64,000 bases of DNA from Armatimonadota bacterium. Its GTDB lineage: Bacteria; Sysuimicrobiota; Sysuimicrobiia; Sysuimicrobiales; Kaftiobacteriaceae. The position numbers and the translations under genes are program-made. The DNA is taken from contig JBBIUY010000009.1 of assembly GCA_037440005.1 (NCBI GenBank), forward strand, positions 1 to 64,000, given 5' to 3'. A model generated the notes under the pieces. That model had not been told where the DNA came from. It saw only the letters and a program-made list of their open reading frames with translations, and made no database searches. Shown one piece after another: positions 29,458-40,211 of the stretch (the first letter of the stretch is position 1; every line of letters begins with the position of its first letter).

Positions 29458-30372
29458 CTAGCGGACCTCCACCGTGAGGACCAGATCCCGGGACCGGGGA
29501 GCCAGGGGCAGGCGCACCCGGATCGTGTACGTCCCCGGCCGCCGCGCCCGGTAGCCCTGCTCCACCAGGTCCAGGCGGGCGTCCGGCACCACCAGGGCCG
29601 CCGCTCCCCCGCGGCTGGCCACCACCCGCAGGGGCTGCCGGACGTGCAGGCGGACCCGGTCGGTGGCCGCCACCACCGCGTCCGTGCGGACGCCGTAGTA
29701 CCAGCTCACCGCCGGCCAGGGGCCGGGCAGTTCGGCCGGAGGCGGCTGGCGGCGGAAGGCGCGGCCGTCCCACGCCCACGCCGCCTGGGCCGACTCGACG
29801 ATCCACCGACCGTCCACCCGCAGCCGCTGGGGCGCCCGTCCCCGGTGCATCACCGTCACCGCCCCCCGGGCCAGCCCGACCACCCGGTACGCGGTGGCGC
29901 CGCCGTCATCAAGCCCGCTGAAGACCGCCGCCTCCCGGCCGTCTCCCAGCTCCACGGCGTCCGCCGACAGGGGCAGCGGCCCCGGCAGGACGTCGCGGTA
30001 GATCACCGTCGGCCGGCGGCGCAGGCGGTCGGAGGCCACCAGCAGGGCCAGATGGACGACCGTCCGGCTGCCGGGAGCGGCGGGGACCACCGCCACCACG
30101 GCCGCCTCCTGGGGACGGGCTCCGTCGAGCTCCAGGCGGACCAGGCTGTGGATCACCGATCCGCGGGGAAGCAGGTCCAGGACCGCCCCGGTGCCCACCG
30201 CCGGCGCCGGAGCCGTCAGCCAGGCCGCCAGCACCGCCAGCAGGACGGCGGCCAGGAGGACCTTCCCAGGCCACCCCGCGCCCGTCCGCCCGCCGCCCGC
30301 CGCGGGAAGAACCGCCCGGCCTCGGGCGCCCGTCCTGCCGGCGACCGGCGGGGACACCGCCATGGGGGTCAC
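29458..30372 (-). CDS. Hypothetical exported protein
   Basis: AGGAG RBS before GTG 30372; hydrophobic signal-like segment VLLAAVLLAVLAAWLTAPAPA; fills the gap between oppC and gatC. Confidence 0.65.
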   Translation of the reverse strand: MTPMAVSPPVAGRTGARGRAVLPAAGGGRTGAGWPGKVLLAAVLLAVLAAWLTAPAPAVGTGAVLDLLPRGSVIHSLVRLELDGARPQEAAVVAVVPAAPGSRTVVHLALLVASDRLRRRPTVIYRDVLPGPLPLSADAVELGDGREAAVFSGLDDGGATAYRVVGLARGAVTVMHRGRAPQRLRVDGRWIVESAQAAWAWDGRAFRRQPPPAELPGPWPAVSWYYGVRTDAVVAATDRVRLHVRQPLRVVASRGGAAALVVPDARLDLVEQGYRARRPGTYTIRVRLPLAPRSRDLVLTVEVR

Positions 30373-30380
30373 ACAGGCTC

Positions 30381-31337
30381 CTACTGCGACCCGCGCAGAC
30401 GCGGGTCCAGGATGTCCCGGAACGCGTCGCCCAGCAGGTTCCACCCCAGCACGAACAGGGAGATGGCCAGTCCCGGAAAGACGAAGGTGAACCAGTACTC
30501 CAGGGCGTGGCCCGGGCTGCCGATGATCCACGATCGGGACAGGTTGATCAGCATCCCCCAGTCGGCGTAGCCCACCTCGGCCCCCAGGCCCAGAAAGGAC
30601 AGGGCGGCGGCGGAGATCACGACGCTGGCCATGTCCAGCGACCCGTACACCACCACCGGGTAGATGGTGTTGGGGATGACGTGCCGCACGAAGATGCGCA
30701 GGTCGCCGGCCCCCAGGGCCCGGGCCGCTTCCACGAAGTCCCGCTGCCGGATGGACAGGATCTCGCCCCGCAGCAGCCGGGCGTAGGTGGGCCAGGACAC
30801 CAACGACAGGGCGATGAGGACCTTGTCCAGCCCCTTGCCCAGGATGGCCACGATCACCACGGCCAGGATCAGGCCGGGGAAGGCCAAAAAGACGTCGGTG
30901 AGGCGCATGAACAGCTCGTCCACCCGCCCGCCGCGGTACCCGGCCAGCCCGCCCACCACCAGGCCGATGGCCACCGAGATCCCGATCACCGTCAGGGAGA
31001 CCCGGAAGGCGGTGCGGGTGCCCCACACGATGCCGTAGTAGAGGTCGAACTGCTCGGTGGTGGTGCCGAAGGGGTGTCCCGGATGCGGCGGCCGCGGGTC
31101 GGGCGCGAACGACTCGTGGGGGATCTGGTAGGGGTCCCGGTGGCCGGGCGGCGGAGGGGCCAGGACCGGCGCCAGGATCGCCACCAGCACGAAGAAGACG
31201 ATCAGCCCCAGCCCCACCACCGACAGGGGGTTGCGCCGCAGGCGCCGCAGCAGGTCCAGGGTGCCGCTGCGCCAGGCGGCCATCCGGGTGGGGGCCGGGT
31301 GGGCGAGGGAGGTGGCGGTGGCGCGCACGCCGGGCAT
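30381..31337 (-). CDS. Peptide/nickel ABC transporter permease (OppC/DppC-like)
   Basis: HPFGT, MRLTDVFLAFP, FVEAARALGA, NLLGDAFRDILDPR. Confidence 0.92.
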   Translation of the reverse strand: MPGVRATATSLAHPAPTRMAAWRSGTLDLLRRLRRNPLSVVGLGLIVFFVLVAILAPVLAPPPPGHRDPYQIPHESFAPDPRPPHPGHPFGTTTEQFDLYYGIVWGTRTAFRVSLTVIGISVAIGLVVGGLAGYRGGRVDELFMRLTDVFLAFPGLILAVVIVAILGKGLDKVLIALSLVSWPTYARLLRGEILSIRQRDFVEAARALGAGDLRIFVRHVIPNTIYPVVVYGSLDMASVVISAAALSFLGLGAEVGYADWGMLINLSRSWIIGSPGHALEYWFTFVFPGLAISLFVLGWNLLGDAFRDILDPRLRGSQ

Positions 31338-31339
31338 GG

Positions 31340-32362
31340 TCAGTACCGGATCCGCGGATCCACCAGGGCGTACAGGATGTCGGCGGCCATGTTGCCCAGG
31401 ACCGTGAGGACCGCCACGAACAGCGCGAACCCCGTCACCGCGGCGATGTCCAGCTGGGCGGCCGCCTGGGCTCCCCACCGGCCGATGCCCGGCAGGTCGA
31501 AGATGGTCTCGGTGATCACCGCCCCCGACAGCAGCCCCACCAGGACCAGGCTGCTGAGGGTGATGACCGGGATCAGGGCGTTGCGCCGGGCGTGCTTGCG
31601 GATCACCGTGGGCTCGTCCAGCCCCTTGGCCCGGGCGGTGCGCACGTAGTCCTGCCGCAGGGTTTCCAGCATGGACGAGCGGGTCACCCGCACCAGGACC
31701 GCCGCGATGAAGTAGGCCAGGGTCAGCGACGGCAGGACCAGGTGGCGCAGGGCGTCCCAGAAGATCCACCACTGCCGGTTGAGCAGTGCATCCACCGTCA
31801 TCATGCCCGTGTAGCGGCGGAACTGGTCCGAGTGGACGAACAGGTCGGCCTCCAGGGACAGCCGCCCCGGCGGGAACCAGGGCAGGATGCCGTAGAACAG
31901 CAGCAGCAACGCCAGCCCCCACACGAAGGTGGGCAGCCCCGTGCCGGCGATGGACAGGACCCGGGACAGGTGGTCGATCCACCGGTCCTTGTGCACCGCC
32001 GACAGGGTCCCCAGCCAGATGCCCACCCCCACGATCAGGCCGAAGGACAGCACCGTGAGCTCCACCGTCATGGGGAAGTAGCCCCGGATGGCCTCGGCCA
32101 CCGTCTGGCGGGCCACGAAGGAGTAGCCCAGGTCGCCCCGCAGGACCCCCCGCAGCCAGGTCCCGTACTGCTCGTAGAAGGGCCGGTCCAGCCCGTACTT
32201 GCGCACGATGGCCGGCAGGTCCCGCATCTGGTTGGCGTCGCGGACGAACAGGCTGGCCCGCATGGCCGGGGAGAGCAGCTGGGTGAGGGCGAAGATCAGG
32301 ATCGTCGTCCCCAGGACCACCAGGGGGAGCAGGAGCAGGCGGCGCAGGATGAAGGTCAGCAC
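31340..32362 (-). CDS. Peptide/nickel ABC transporter permease (OppB/DppB-like)
   Basis: LRGDLGYS, YVRTARAKGL, HARRNALIP, TETIF, YALVDPRIRY. Confidence 0.93.
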   Translation of the reverse strand: MLTFILRRLLLLPLVVLGTTILIFALTQLLSPAMRASLFVRDANQMRDLPAIVRKYGLDRPFYEQYGTWLRGVLRGDLGYSFVARQTVAEAIRGYFPMTVELTVLSFGLIVGVGIWLGTLSAVHKDRWIDHLSRVLSIAGTGLPTFVWGLALLLLFYGILPWFPPGRLSLEADLFVHSDQFRRYTGMMTVDALLNRQWWIFWDALRHLVLPSLTLAYFIAAVLVRVTRSSMLETLRQDYVRTARAKGLDEPTVIRKHARRNALIPVITLSSLVLVGLLSGAVITETIFDLPGIGRWGAQAAAQLDIAAVTGFALFVAVLTVLGNMAADILYALVDPRIRY

Positions 32363-32377
32363 GGCCGCGGGCAGCCA

Positions 32378-32411
32378 GGACGGGGAGGCGGGGCGCCCCG
32401 CCTCCCCGTCC
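32378..32411. terminator. Perfect 34-bp palindrome between the binding-protein and permease genes (terminator or mRNA stabiliser)
   Basis: GGACGGGGAGGCGGGGC followed directly by GCCCCGCCTCCCCGTCC. Confidence 0.7.
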
Positions 32412-32435
32412 CGTGTCAGGCGCGCCCCACCCGGG

Positions 32436-34217
32436 TCACTGCCCCTTGCTCAGGGTGTACAGGTACCCGGTGGGCACGAAGAAGATCGGGTTCCAGTACC
32501 AGCCCCGCACCCAGGTCCGCATCACCGTGAAGCCGGTCGGGTAGCCCAGGTAGATGGTCGGCACGTCGCTGTAGGCGATCTCCTGCAGCCGGAAGTAGCT
32601 CTGCCGGCGGCGCTCCGGGTTGGCGGTGCGCTGGGCCTCCTCGATCAGCCGGTCCACCTCGGGGTTCTTGTAGGACTGGGCGCCGGTGAACGTCCCGTTG
32701 CTGTGCATGAACGGGTAGACGAAGTTGTCCGGGTCGGCGTAGTCGGCGGCCCACCCCAGGAAGTAGATGGGCAGCTTGCCCTCGTTCTCCTGGGCCAGGT
32801 AGGTGGACCAGGCCAGCCCCTGGGTGTCCACCTTGAACTTGGGGTTGAGGGCCTCCAGGTTGCTCTTGAGGATCTGGGAGGCGATGCGGCGGGCCGTGTT
32901 GCCGCTGTTGAACAGGACCGTCATCTTGAAGCCCTGGTCCCACACCCGGCCGCCCCAGGCCTCCCGCCACTCGGCGATGGCCCGGTCCCGGTTGGTGGTG
33001 TACCACTGGCCCCGGGGGTTGTAGCCGAACATGCCCCGGGGGATGGGGCCGTTGCCCAGGGTGATCTTGCCCCGGTAGGCATCCCGGGCGAAGGTGGCGT
33101 AGTCGAAGGAGTAGGCGATGGCCCGGCGCACGTGCACGTCGCTGAAGAAGTCGGGCGGGATGCCGTTGCCGTCCAGTTTGCCGCTGCCGATGTAGGGGTT
33201 GCCCTCGGCATTGATCTTGAGGTTCATGAACAGCGCCTGGGTGACGAAGGTGGCCAGGTCGTCCACGATGCGCACGCCGGCCAGGCCTTCCACCTGGGAC
33301 TGCTCGGCGCGCCCCACGTCGATGACGTCGGCGTCGCCCTGCTGCAGCATCAGCCGGCGGGTGGCGAACTCCTCCACGGTCCGGAAGATGACCCGCCGCA
33401 GCGCCGGCGGGTTGCCCCGCCAGTAGCGCTCGTTGCGGACCAGGACCACGGTCTTGTTCTGCCGGTCCCACCGCTCGATGACGAACGGCCCGGACCCGAT
33501 GGCGCCGTCAAACAGCTTGGTGTCCGAGTTGGTCTTGGGGTTGTTGAGCCGGGCCACCCCCGCCTTGGTACCGTCCCAGTCGCCCTTGGCGATGGCCGCC
33601 TTCTTGCTGATTACCATGGACCAGCTGGCCATGATGTTCAGGAACGGCGCGTAGGGGCGGTGCAGGGTGATGACCACGTTGTTGCCCCGCACCTGGATCG
33701 CCCGGTTGATCTTGTCGTAGATGTCGGGCTTGAGGTTGCCGTCCTTGTCCCGGGTGGTGTCCTCCCCGATGATGGTGGACAGCAGGATCCAGGACGGCCC
33801 TCCGTCCCGGTCCATGAGCATGAAGCGCATCAGGGAGTACTTCACGTCCTCGGGGGTCACGGGCGTGCCGTCGCTGAACCGCGCCCGCTCGTCGATGGGG
33901 AAGGTGAAGGTGCGGGCGTCGGCGGAGATGAGCCCGTTCTGCAGGCTGGGCACCTGCTTGGCCAGCAGCGGCACGTAGTCGCCCACCGAGATCCCCCGGA
34001 AGAAGATCAGGGTCTCGTAGACGTTCCACAACGTCGTCCCGCTGCTCAGGGTGTCGTACTGCCACGCCGGGTCCAGGGAGTCGTGGTCGCCGGCGTGGGC
34101 GTAGATGAGCGTGTCGGGGTTCTTGACCGCCTGCCCCTGGGCCACCCCCGGCACGCCCACCAGGGCCAGCGCCAGGAGCAGGGTCAGATACAGCAGCCAC
34201 CGTCGTGTTCCGCTCAT
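32436..34217 (-). CDS. Peptide ABC transporter substrate-binding protein (family 5)
   Basis: Signal peptide MSGTRRWLLYLTLLLALALVG, SLDPA..YD, VYETL, FSDGTPVTPEDVKYS, GSGPF, GWAADYADP. Confidence 0.92.
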   Translation of the reverse strand: MSGTRRWLLYLTLLLALALVGVPGVAQGQAVKNPDTLIYAHAGDHDSLDPAWQYDTLSSGTTLWNVYETLIFFRGISVGDYVPLLAKQVPSLQNGLISADARTFTFPIDERARFSDGTPVTPEDVKYSLMRFMLMDRDGGPSWILLSTIIGEDTTRDKDGNLKPDIYDKINRAIQVRGNNVVITLHRPYAPFLNIMASWSMVISKKAAIAKGDWDGTKAGVARLNNPKTNSDTKLFDGAIGSGPFVIERWDRQNKTVVLVRNERYWRGNPPALRRVIFRTVEEFATRRLMLQQGDADVIDVGRAEQSQVEGLAGVRIVDDLATFVTQALFMNLKINAEGNPYIGSGKLDGNGIPPDFFSDVHVRRAIAYSFDYATFARDAYRGKITLGNGPIPRGMFGYNPRGQWYTTNRDRAIAEWREAWGGRVWDQGFKMTVLFNSGNTARRIASQILKSNLEALNPKFKVDTQGLAWSTYLAQENEGKLPIYFLGWAADYADPDNFVYPFMHSNGTFTGAQSYKNPEVDRLIEEAQRTANPERRRQSYFRLQEIAYSDVPTIYLGYPTGFTVMRTWVRGWYWNPIFFVPTGYLYTLSKGQ

Positions 34218-34318
34218 GCCTCCGGCCTCCTTCGCCTCTCGCGTGGCGTCGTGGTCATCCGCGAAGCCTTCCCACCGGTCTCCGGGTGCCTCCGGCCACC
34301 ACCTCCTCTCGCGCCATG

Positions 34319-35353
34319 CTACGATGCGGGTTGCTTCAGCACCGCCGCCTTGCTGCGCTGGTGGCGGAAGGGCTGCACCTCGCAGGCCACGTAGTGTCCG
34401 GCGCCCGTGACGTCCACCAGGTGCTGCTCGTTCACCCGGCAGCTGGGCCGGGCATACAGGCAGCGGGTGTGGAAGCGGCAGCCCGACGGCGGGTTCACCG
34501 GGCTGGGGACGTCGCCGGGCAGGATGACCCGCTCCCGCCGCAGGCCCGGGTGGGGGATGGGCACCGCCGACAGGAGCGCCTCGGTGTACGGGTGCTGGGG
34601 GTTGCTGAACAGCTCGTCGGCGTCGGCGATCTCCACGATCTTCCCCAGGTACATGACGGCGATGCGGTCGCTGATGTGCTTGACCACCGACAGGTCGTGG
34701 GCGATGAACAGGTAGGTGAGCCCGAACTCCTTCTGCAGCTCCTCCAGCAGGTTGAGGACCTGGGCCTGGATGCTCACATCCAGGGCCGACACCGGTTCGT
34801 CGCAGATGATGAGTTTGGGGTTGACCGCCAGGGCCCGGGCGATGCCGATGCGCTGGCGCTGACCCCCGCTGAACTCGTGGGGGTACCGGTTCATGTGGTA
34901 GGGGGACAGCCCCACCACCTCCAGCAGCTCCTGGACCCGGCGGGTCTTCTCCTTGCCCCGGGCCAGGTTGTGGATCTCCAGGGGCTCGCCAATGATGTCC
35001 CCCACCGTCATGCGCGGGTTCAGGGACGAGTAGGGGTCCTGGAAGATGATCTGCATGTTGCGGCGCAGGCGGCGCAGCTCTTCCTTGGTGAGGGTGAAGA
35101 TGTTGCGGCCCTCGAAGTAGACCTCGCCGCTGGTGGGTTCCATCAGCCGCAGGATGACCCGGCCCAGGGTGGTCTTGCCGCACCCCGACTCGCCCACCAG
35201 GCCCAGGGTCTCGCCCCGGCGGATGGTGAAGGACACCCCGTCCACGGCCTTGACAGCCCCCACCTGCCGCTGGAAGATGAACCCCTTGGTGACGGGAAAG
35301 TGCTTGACCAGGTTGCGGACTTCCAGGATGACGTCGCTGCCTGCGGTGCTCAC
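34319..35353 (-). CDS. Oligopeptide ABC transporter ATP-binding protein (OppF-like)
   Basis: [37 protein letters not shown]. Confidence 0.94.
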   Translation of the reverse strand: MSTAGSDVILEVRNLVKHFPVTKGFIFQRQVGAVKAVDGVSFTIRRGETLGLVGESGCGKTTLGRVILRLMEPTSGEVYFEGRNIFTLTKEELRRLRRNMQIIFQDPYSSLNPRMTVGDIIGEPLEIHNLARGKEKTRRVQELLEVVGLSPYHMNRYPHEFSGGQRQRIGIARALAVNPKLIICDEPVSALDVSIQAQVLNLLEELQKEFGLTYLFIAHDLSVVKHISDRIAVMYLGKIVEIADADELFSNPQHPYTEALLSAVPIPHPGLRRERVILPGDVPSPVNPPSGCRFHTRCLYARPSCRVNEQHLVDVTGAGHYVACEVQPFRHQRSKAAVLKQPAS

Positions 35354-35427
35354 GCGTCCCTCCCCGCCGGCGGGACCTCCCGCCCGTCTTCCATCATAGA
35401 GGACTCACCGCCCGCCCGCCACGCCCG

Positions 35428-36462
35428 CTAGCGGTAGCGGGAGGCGGCCAGTCCGGCGGCGGCCGCCGCCCGCTTCTCCTCCTCGGTGGCGTGCTCGCTG
35501 TGCAGGTAGCACCGGGACGTGTGGTCCGGCGCCACCGGGTACTCGGGCGGGTCGGCCTTCACGCAGATCTCCATGGCGAACGGACACCGGGGAGCGAAGG
35601 CGCACCCCGGCGGCAGGTCGATCAGGCTGGGCGGCTGTCCCTCGATGGGGATCAGCCGCTCCTTGCGCTCGTACAGCTTGGGGATGGAGTGCAGCAGGCC
35701 CCAGGTGTACGGATGCTGGGGGTTGTTGAAGATCTCCTCCACCGGCGCCCGCTCCACCGGCCGGCCGGCGTACATCACCACCACGTCGTCGCACATCTCG
35801 GCGACCACGCCCAGGTTGTGGGTGATCAGGATCACCGACATGTGGAACTCCTGCTGCAGCTCGCGGATGAGGTCCAGGATCTGGGCCTGGATGGTCACGT
35901 CCAGGGCCGTGGTGGGCTCGTCGGCGATGAGGATGCTGGGGTTGCAGGACAGGGCCATGGCGATCATCACCCGCTGGCGCATGCCGCCGCTGAACTGGTG
36001 GGGGTAGTCCCGCACCCGCTCCCGGGCCAGCGGGATGCGGACCTTCTCCAGCATCTCCACGGCCCGGTCCCAGGCGTCCTTCTTGGACAGCCCCTGGTGC
36101 AGCATCACCGCCTCGGCGATCTGCTCCCCGATGGTCAGGACCGGGTTCAGGGACGTCATGGGCTCCTGGAAGATCATGGCGATCCGGTTGCCGCGGATGC
36201 GGCGCATCTCCTCCTCGGACAGCCGCAGCAGGTCCCGACCCTCGAACAGGATCTGGCCCTCCACGATCTTGCCGGGAGGCTGGGGGATCAGGCGCATGAT
36301 GGACAGGGCGTGCACGCTCTTGCCGCACCCCGACTCGCCCACGATCCCCAGGGTCTCGCCCTTGCGCAGGTCGTAGGACAGGCCGTCCACCGCCTTGACC
36401 ACGCCCTCGTCGGTGTAGAAATACGTCTTCAGGTTGCGCACCGACAGCAGCACGTCCGCCAT
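35428..36462 (-). CDS. Oligopeptide ABC transporter ATP-binding protein (OppD-like)
   Basis: [37 protein letters not shown]. Confidence 0.94.
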   Translation of the reverse strand: MADVLLSVRNLKTYFYTDEGVVKAVDGLSYDLRKGETLGIVGESGCGKSVHALSIMRLIPQPPGKIVEGQILFEGRDLLRLSEEEMRRIRGNRIAMIFQEPMTSLNPVLTIGEQIAEAVMLHQGLSKKDAWDRAVEMLEKVRIPLARERVRDYPHQFSGGMRQRVMIAMALSCNPSILIADEPTTALDVTIQAQILDLIRELQQEFHMSVILITHNLGVVAEMCDDVVVMYAGRPVERAPVEEIFNNPQHPYTWGLLHSIPKLYERKERLIPIEGQPPSLIDLPPGCAFAPRCPFAMEICVKADPPEYPVAPDHTSRCYLHSEHATEEEKRAAAAAGLAASRYR

Positions 36463-36536
36463 CCGGTCACCTCACGGCCGCAAACGTCCACACAACCCTT
36501 TTTTCTTCGGCGCCGGCTCCCCTCTCCCTGCCCGGC

Positions 36537-38213
36537 TCACTCCTCCCAGGCCCACTGCCAGGCGTTCCAGGGCAGAAACGACCCCACCAGCCCGGTGGGG
36601 CGGACCCCCCGGATCTCCCGGCGGGCGGTAGTCAGGGACAGGCCGAAGTACAGGGGCAGAGCCGGCAGGTCCTCGGCGAACACCTCCTGATGCCGCCGCA
36701 GCAAAGCGTTGCGGCGGTCGGGGTCCAGCTCGGTCGCCAGCTGCTCCATCAGCCGGTCGCTCTCGGCGTTGCGCCAGCCGGCGCGGTTGTTGCCCTCCCA
36801 GTTGTTGGCCGCCGACGGGATCTGGCTGCTGTGGAACCGGTCGAAGGCGGTGGACTCGGGGGAGAAGACGCTGGTGTACATGGCCAAGTGCGGGAACTGG
36901 CGGCGGGGCACGATGGTGCCCAGGAACACCGAGGACGGCCGGTTGTCGATGCGCACGTCCACCCCCACCGCCCGCAGCTGCTCCCGGATCAGCTGCTGCA
37001 CCTGCTCCCGGGCGGCGTGGCCCGCGGTGGTCATGAACACCAGCTCCAGCCGCCGGCCCTGGCCGTCCCGCAGGATGCCGTCCGGGCCCGGAGCGAACCC
37101 CGCCTCGGCCAGCAGGGCCCGGGCGCGGGCGGGGTCGTAGGGGTAGCGGCGGACCCGGGGGTTGTGGGCCGGGTGGCGGGGCGGCAGCCACGAGTGGGCC
37201 ACGGGCTGGCGGCCGCCGAACAGGGCCGCGACGATTCCCTCCCGGTCGATGGCGTAGGCCAGGGCCTGGCGCACCCGCCGGTCGCGCAGCCACTCGTCGT
37301 CCAGGTTGAAGTCGATGCGCTCCCACCGCAGCGACTCGGTGTAGTGGGCCGCCATCCAGGGCGCCCGGCGCTCGACCTCGGCCATCTGCTCCAGGCTGAA
37401 GTTGCCGATCTCGGTGGCGTCCACCTGGCCGGCGAGCACGTTGGCCAGCAGCACGCTGCTGTCCAGGATGAACCGGAACACCAGGCGGCGGATCCGGGGG
37501 GCGCCCGGGGGCCAGCGGTCGTAGGCCTCCACCGTGATGTGGCTGCCCGGCACCCACTCCACGAACCGGTACGGCCCGTTGCCCACCGGCGCCCGCCAGT
37601 AGGGGTGGGCCCGCAGGCTGGCGGGGTCTTTCAGGTAGGCCGCCTCCAGGAGGTGGCGGGGGTAGATGACGTCGGTGCCGAAGGGCGACGACCCGGCGAA
37701 GGGCCACGGCTCGTTCCACTGCACCACCAGGGTGTAGGGGTCGGCCGGGTTGGGGACGGTGACGTTGTCCACCTTGCGCAGGATGAACCGGCTCACCTGG
37801 GGGGTGCGGGGGTGGCGCAGCATGCCGTAGGTGAACCGGAAGTCCAGGGCCGTCACCGGGCGGCCGTCGTGCCAGGTGAACCCCCGGCGCAGCCGCCAGG
37901 TGACCCGCATCCGGCCCCCCGGCAGCAGTTCCCAGTCGCCGTCCCCCACCCGGGGCAGCTTCTCCACCAGCAGCGGCATGCGGACCCACCGGTCGGTGAA
38001 CGGCGCCACCGACGCCCATAGGACGTTGCGCACCACGCCCTCGGCGGACATAATGGAAAACTCCCCGAGGATGTCGGGCTCCTGGCCCATGCCGATGATC
38101 ACCGTGTCGCGGGCAGGCGCCGCCGGCGCCCCGGTCGCGGCCAGCCCCAGCGAGACCACCGCCGCCACCGCCGCCGCACCCCGTCCAAGCCCCGTCCTCC
38201 TCACCCGTGCCAC
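36537..38213 (-). CDS. Peptide ABC transporter substrate-binding protein (family 5)
   Basis: Signal peptide, IGMGQEPD, WHDGRPVTA.D, GNGPY, WERIDFN, D.RVRQAL.YAIDR. Confidence 0.92.
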   Translation of the reverse strand: MARVRRTGLGRGAAAVAAVVSLGLAATGAPAAPARDTVIIGMGQEPDILGEFSIMSAEGVVRNVLWASVAPFTDRWVRMPLLVEKLPRVGDGDWELLPGGRMRVTWRLRRGFTWHDGRPVTALDFRFTYGMLRHPRTPQVSRFILRKVDNVTVPNPADPYTLVVQWNEPWPFAGSSPFGTDVIYPRHLLEAAYLKDPASLRAHPYWRAPVGNGPYRFVEWVPGSHITVEAYDRWPPGAPRIRRLVFRFILDSSVLLANVLAGQVDATEIGNFSLEQMAEVERRAPWMAAHYTESLRWERIDFNLDDEWLRDRRVRQALAYAIDREGIVAALFGGRQPVAHSWLPPRHPAHNPRVRRYPYDPARARALLAEAGFAPGPDGILRDGQGRRLELVFMTTAGHAAREQVQQLIREQLRAVGVDVRIDNRPSSVFLGTIVPRRQFPHLAMYTSVFSPESTAFDRFHSSQIPSAANNWEGNNRAGWRNAESDRLMEQLATELDPDRRNALLRRHQEVFAEDLPALPLYFGLSLTTARREIRGVRPTGLVGSFLPWNAWQWAWEE

Positions 38214-38317
38214 CTCCGGTTCCCGTGACCACCCGACGGCGCAAGGCCGCCGGCATTCCGTCCGTCCACCGTGTTCTGTGCGGCCGCCGCCGTCACCCTC
38301 TACGCCTCACCGCCCCG

Positions 38318-39184
38318 TCACTGCCGCCAGCGGGGATCGAGGGCGTCCCGCAGCCCGTCTCCCAGCAGGTTCAGGCCCAGGACAGCCAGGGCGAGGGCGC
38401 ACCCGGGCGCCACCGCCAGCCAGGCGGCGGTCCACAGGTAGTCCTGGGCCCGGTGCAGCATGTTGCCCCAGGACGCCGTGGGCGGGGCGATCCCCAGTCC
38501 CAGGTAGCTGAGGGCGGACTCGCTGAGGATGGCGTGCCCGGCGGCCAGGGTGGCGGCCACCACCACCGGCCCGACGGTGTGGGGCAGCACGTGCCGCGCC
38601 AGCACCCGCGCCTCCGACGCCCCGGTGGCCCGGGCCGCCTCCACGAACGCCTCCTCGCGCAGCGCCAGGACCTGGGCGCGCACCAGGCGGGCCACCGGAG
38701 GCCAGCCGAACGCCGCCAGGATCAGGACCACCCGCACCGGCCCGCCTCCCGGCAGGAGGCCCGCCAGGATCAGGTACAGGGGGAGGGTCGGGACGGCCAG
38801 GAGCACGTCCACCGCCCGCATCAGCACCGTGTCGGCCCAGCCCCCGTGGTAGCCCGCCAGGGCCCCCACCACCGTCCCCACGGCCGCCACCAGGACCGCC
38901 ACCGCGTAGCCGACGCCCAGGGAGACCCGGCCGGCGTGCAGCAGGCGCGACAGGACGTCCCTGCCGAGCTCGTCGGTCCCCAGGGGGTGTCCCCGGCCCG
39001 GCGGCAGCCAGCGCTCGGCCAGGCTGGACCGGTCGGGTGGAGCAGGCGCCAGCCAGGGGGCCAGCAGGGCCAGCCCCGTCAGCACGCCCGCCACCGCCGC
39101 CCCGGCCGCCGCCAGGCGGTGGCGGCGCAGCCGGCGGAGCGCAAGGCGCCAGGGCGGAACGAAGACGGCGGCAGCGGACGACAT
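38318..39184 (-). CDS. Peptide ABC transporter permease (OppC-like)
   Basis: HPLGTDELGRDVLSR, FVEAARATGA, ESALSYLGLG, GDGLRDALDP. Confidence 0.93.
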   Translation of the reverse strand: MSSAAAVFVPPWRLALRRLRRHRLAAAGAAVAGVLTGLALLAPWLAPAPPDRSSLAERWLPPGRGHPLGTDELGRDVLSRLLHAGRVSLGVGYAVAVLVAAVGTVVGALAGYHGGWADTVLMRAVDVLLAVPTLPLYLILAGLLPGGGPVRVVLILAAFGWPPVARLVRAQVLALREEAFVEAARATGASEARVLARHVLPHTVGPVVVAATLAAGHAILSESALSYLGLGIAPPTASWGNMLHRAQDYLWTAAWLAVAPGCALALAVLGLNLLGDGLRDALDPRWRQ

Positions 39185-39190
39185 CTGTGC

Positions 39191-40156
39191 TCACCCGTAC
39201 CGGATGCGCGGGTCCACCGCCGCGTAGGCCACGTCGGCGGCCAGGTTGGCCAGGACCGTGACCGCGGCCAGCAGCATCAGGACGGCCATCGCCACCGGGT
39301 AGTCGTGGCCCAGGACCGCCTGGTACAGGAGCAGGCCCATGCCCGGCCAGCTGAAGACCGTCTCGGTGACCACCGCGCCGTCCAGCAGCCGGGGCACGGC
39401 CAGCGCCACCAGCGTGACCAGGGGCAGCAGGGCGTTGCGCAGCGCGTGGCGGCGCACCACCGACGTGCGGGGCAGACCCTTGGCCCGGGCGGTGCGGATG
39501 TAGTCCTGGCCCAGGACCTCCAGCATGCTGGCGCGCGTATACCGCACCCAGGCGGCCATCCCGCCGACGGCCAGGACGACAGTGGGCAGGACCAGGTGCC
39601 GCACCCGGTCCACCGCCGCCGGGACGCCCGCCTCCACTCCGGGGGTCATCATCCCCCCCGCGGGCAGCCAGCGCAGCCACACGGCGAACACCAGGATGGC
39701 CACAATCCCCAGCCAGAACGCCGGGATGGCGAGGCCGGCCGCCGACAGGCCGGTGGCGGCGTAGTCCCATGCCGAGTGCGGGCGGACCGCCGCGCCGACT
39801 CCCACTGCCACCCCCGCCGCCAGGGCCAGGGCGAACGCCGCCGCGGCCAGCTGCACGGTGGCTCCCAGGCGGCGGGCCACCAGCGCCCCCACCGGCTGGC
39901 TGTAGGTCCGCGAGTAGCCCAGATCGCCCCGCAGCACCCCCCGCAGCCACTTCACGTAGCGCACCGGCAGGGGGTCGTCCAGTCCGTACAAGGCCCTCAG
40001 CCGCGCCACGTCCTCGGGCAGCAGGTCCGGCCGCTGGGCCGCCAGCACCTCCACCGGGTCTCCGGGAGTGGCCGCCAGCAGGGCGAAGAACACCACCGAC
40101 AGCCCCGCCAGGACCACCAGGCTCTGGAAGAGGCGGCGGGCCAGGTAGGCGAGCAC
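39191..40156 (-). CDS. Peptide ABC transporter permease (OppB-like)
   Basis: PGDP, LRGDLGYS, DYIRTARAKGL, HALRNALLP, DPRIRY. Confidence 0.93.
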   Translation of the reverse strand: MLAYLARRLFQSLVVLAGLSVVFFALLAATPGDPVEVLAAQRPDLLPEDVARLRALYGLDDPLPVRYVKWLRGVLRGDLGYSRTYSQPVGALVARRLGATVQLAAAAFALALAAGVAVGVGAAVRPHSAWDYAATGLSAAGLAIPAFWLGIVAILVFAVWLRWLPAGGMMTPGVEAGVPAAVDRVRHLVLPTVVLAVGGMAAWVRYTRASMLEVLGQDYIRTARAKGLPRTSVVRRHALRNALLPLVTLVALAVPRLLDGAVVTETVFSWPGMGLLLYQAVLGHDYPVAMAVLMLLAAVTVLANLAADVAYAAVDPRIRYG

Positions 40157-40211
40157 GGTCAGCCTCAGGGAGGGTCCGGTGTTCCGCCCCGGCGGCCACC
40201 GGACCCGGCGT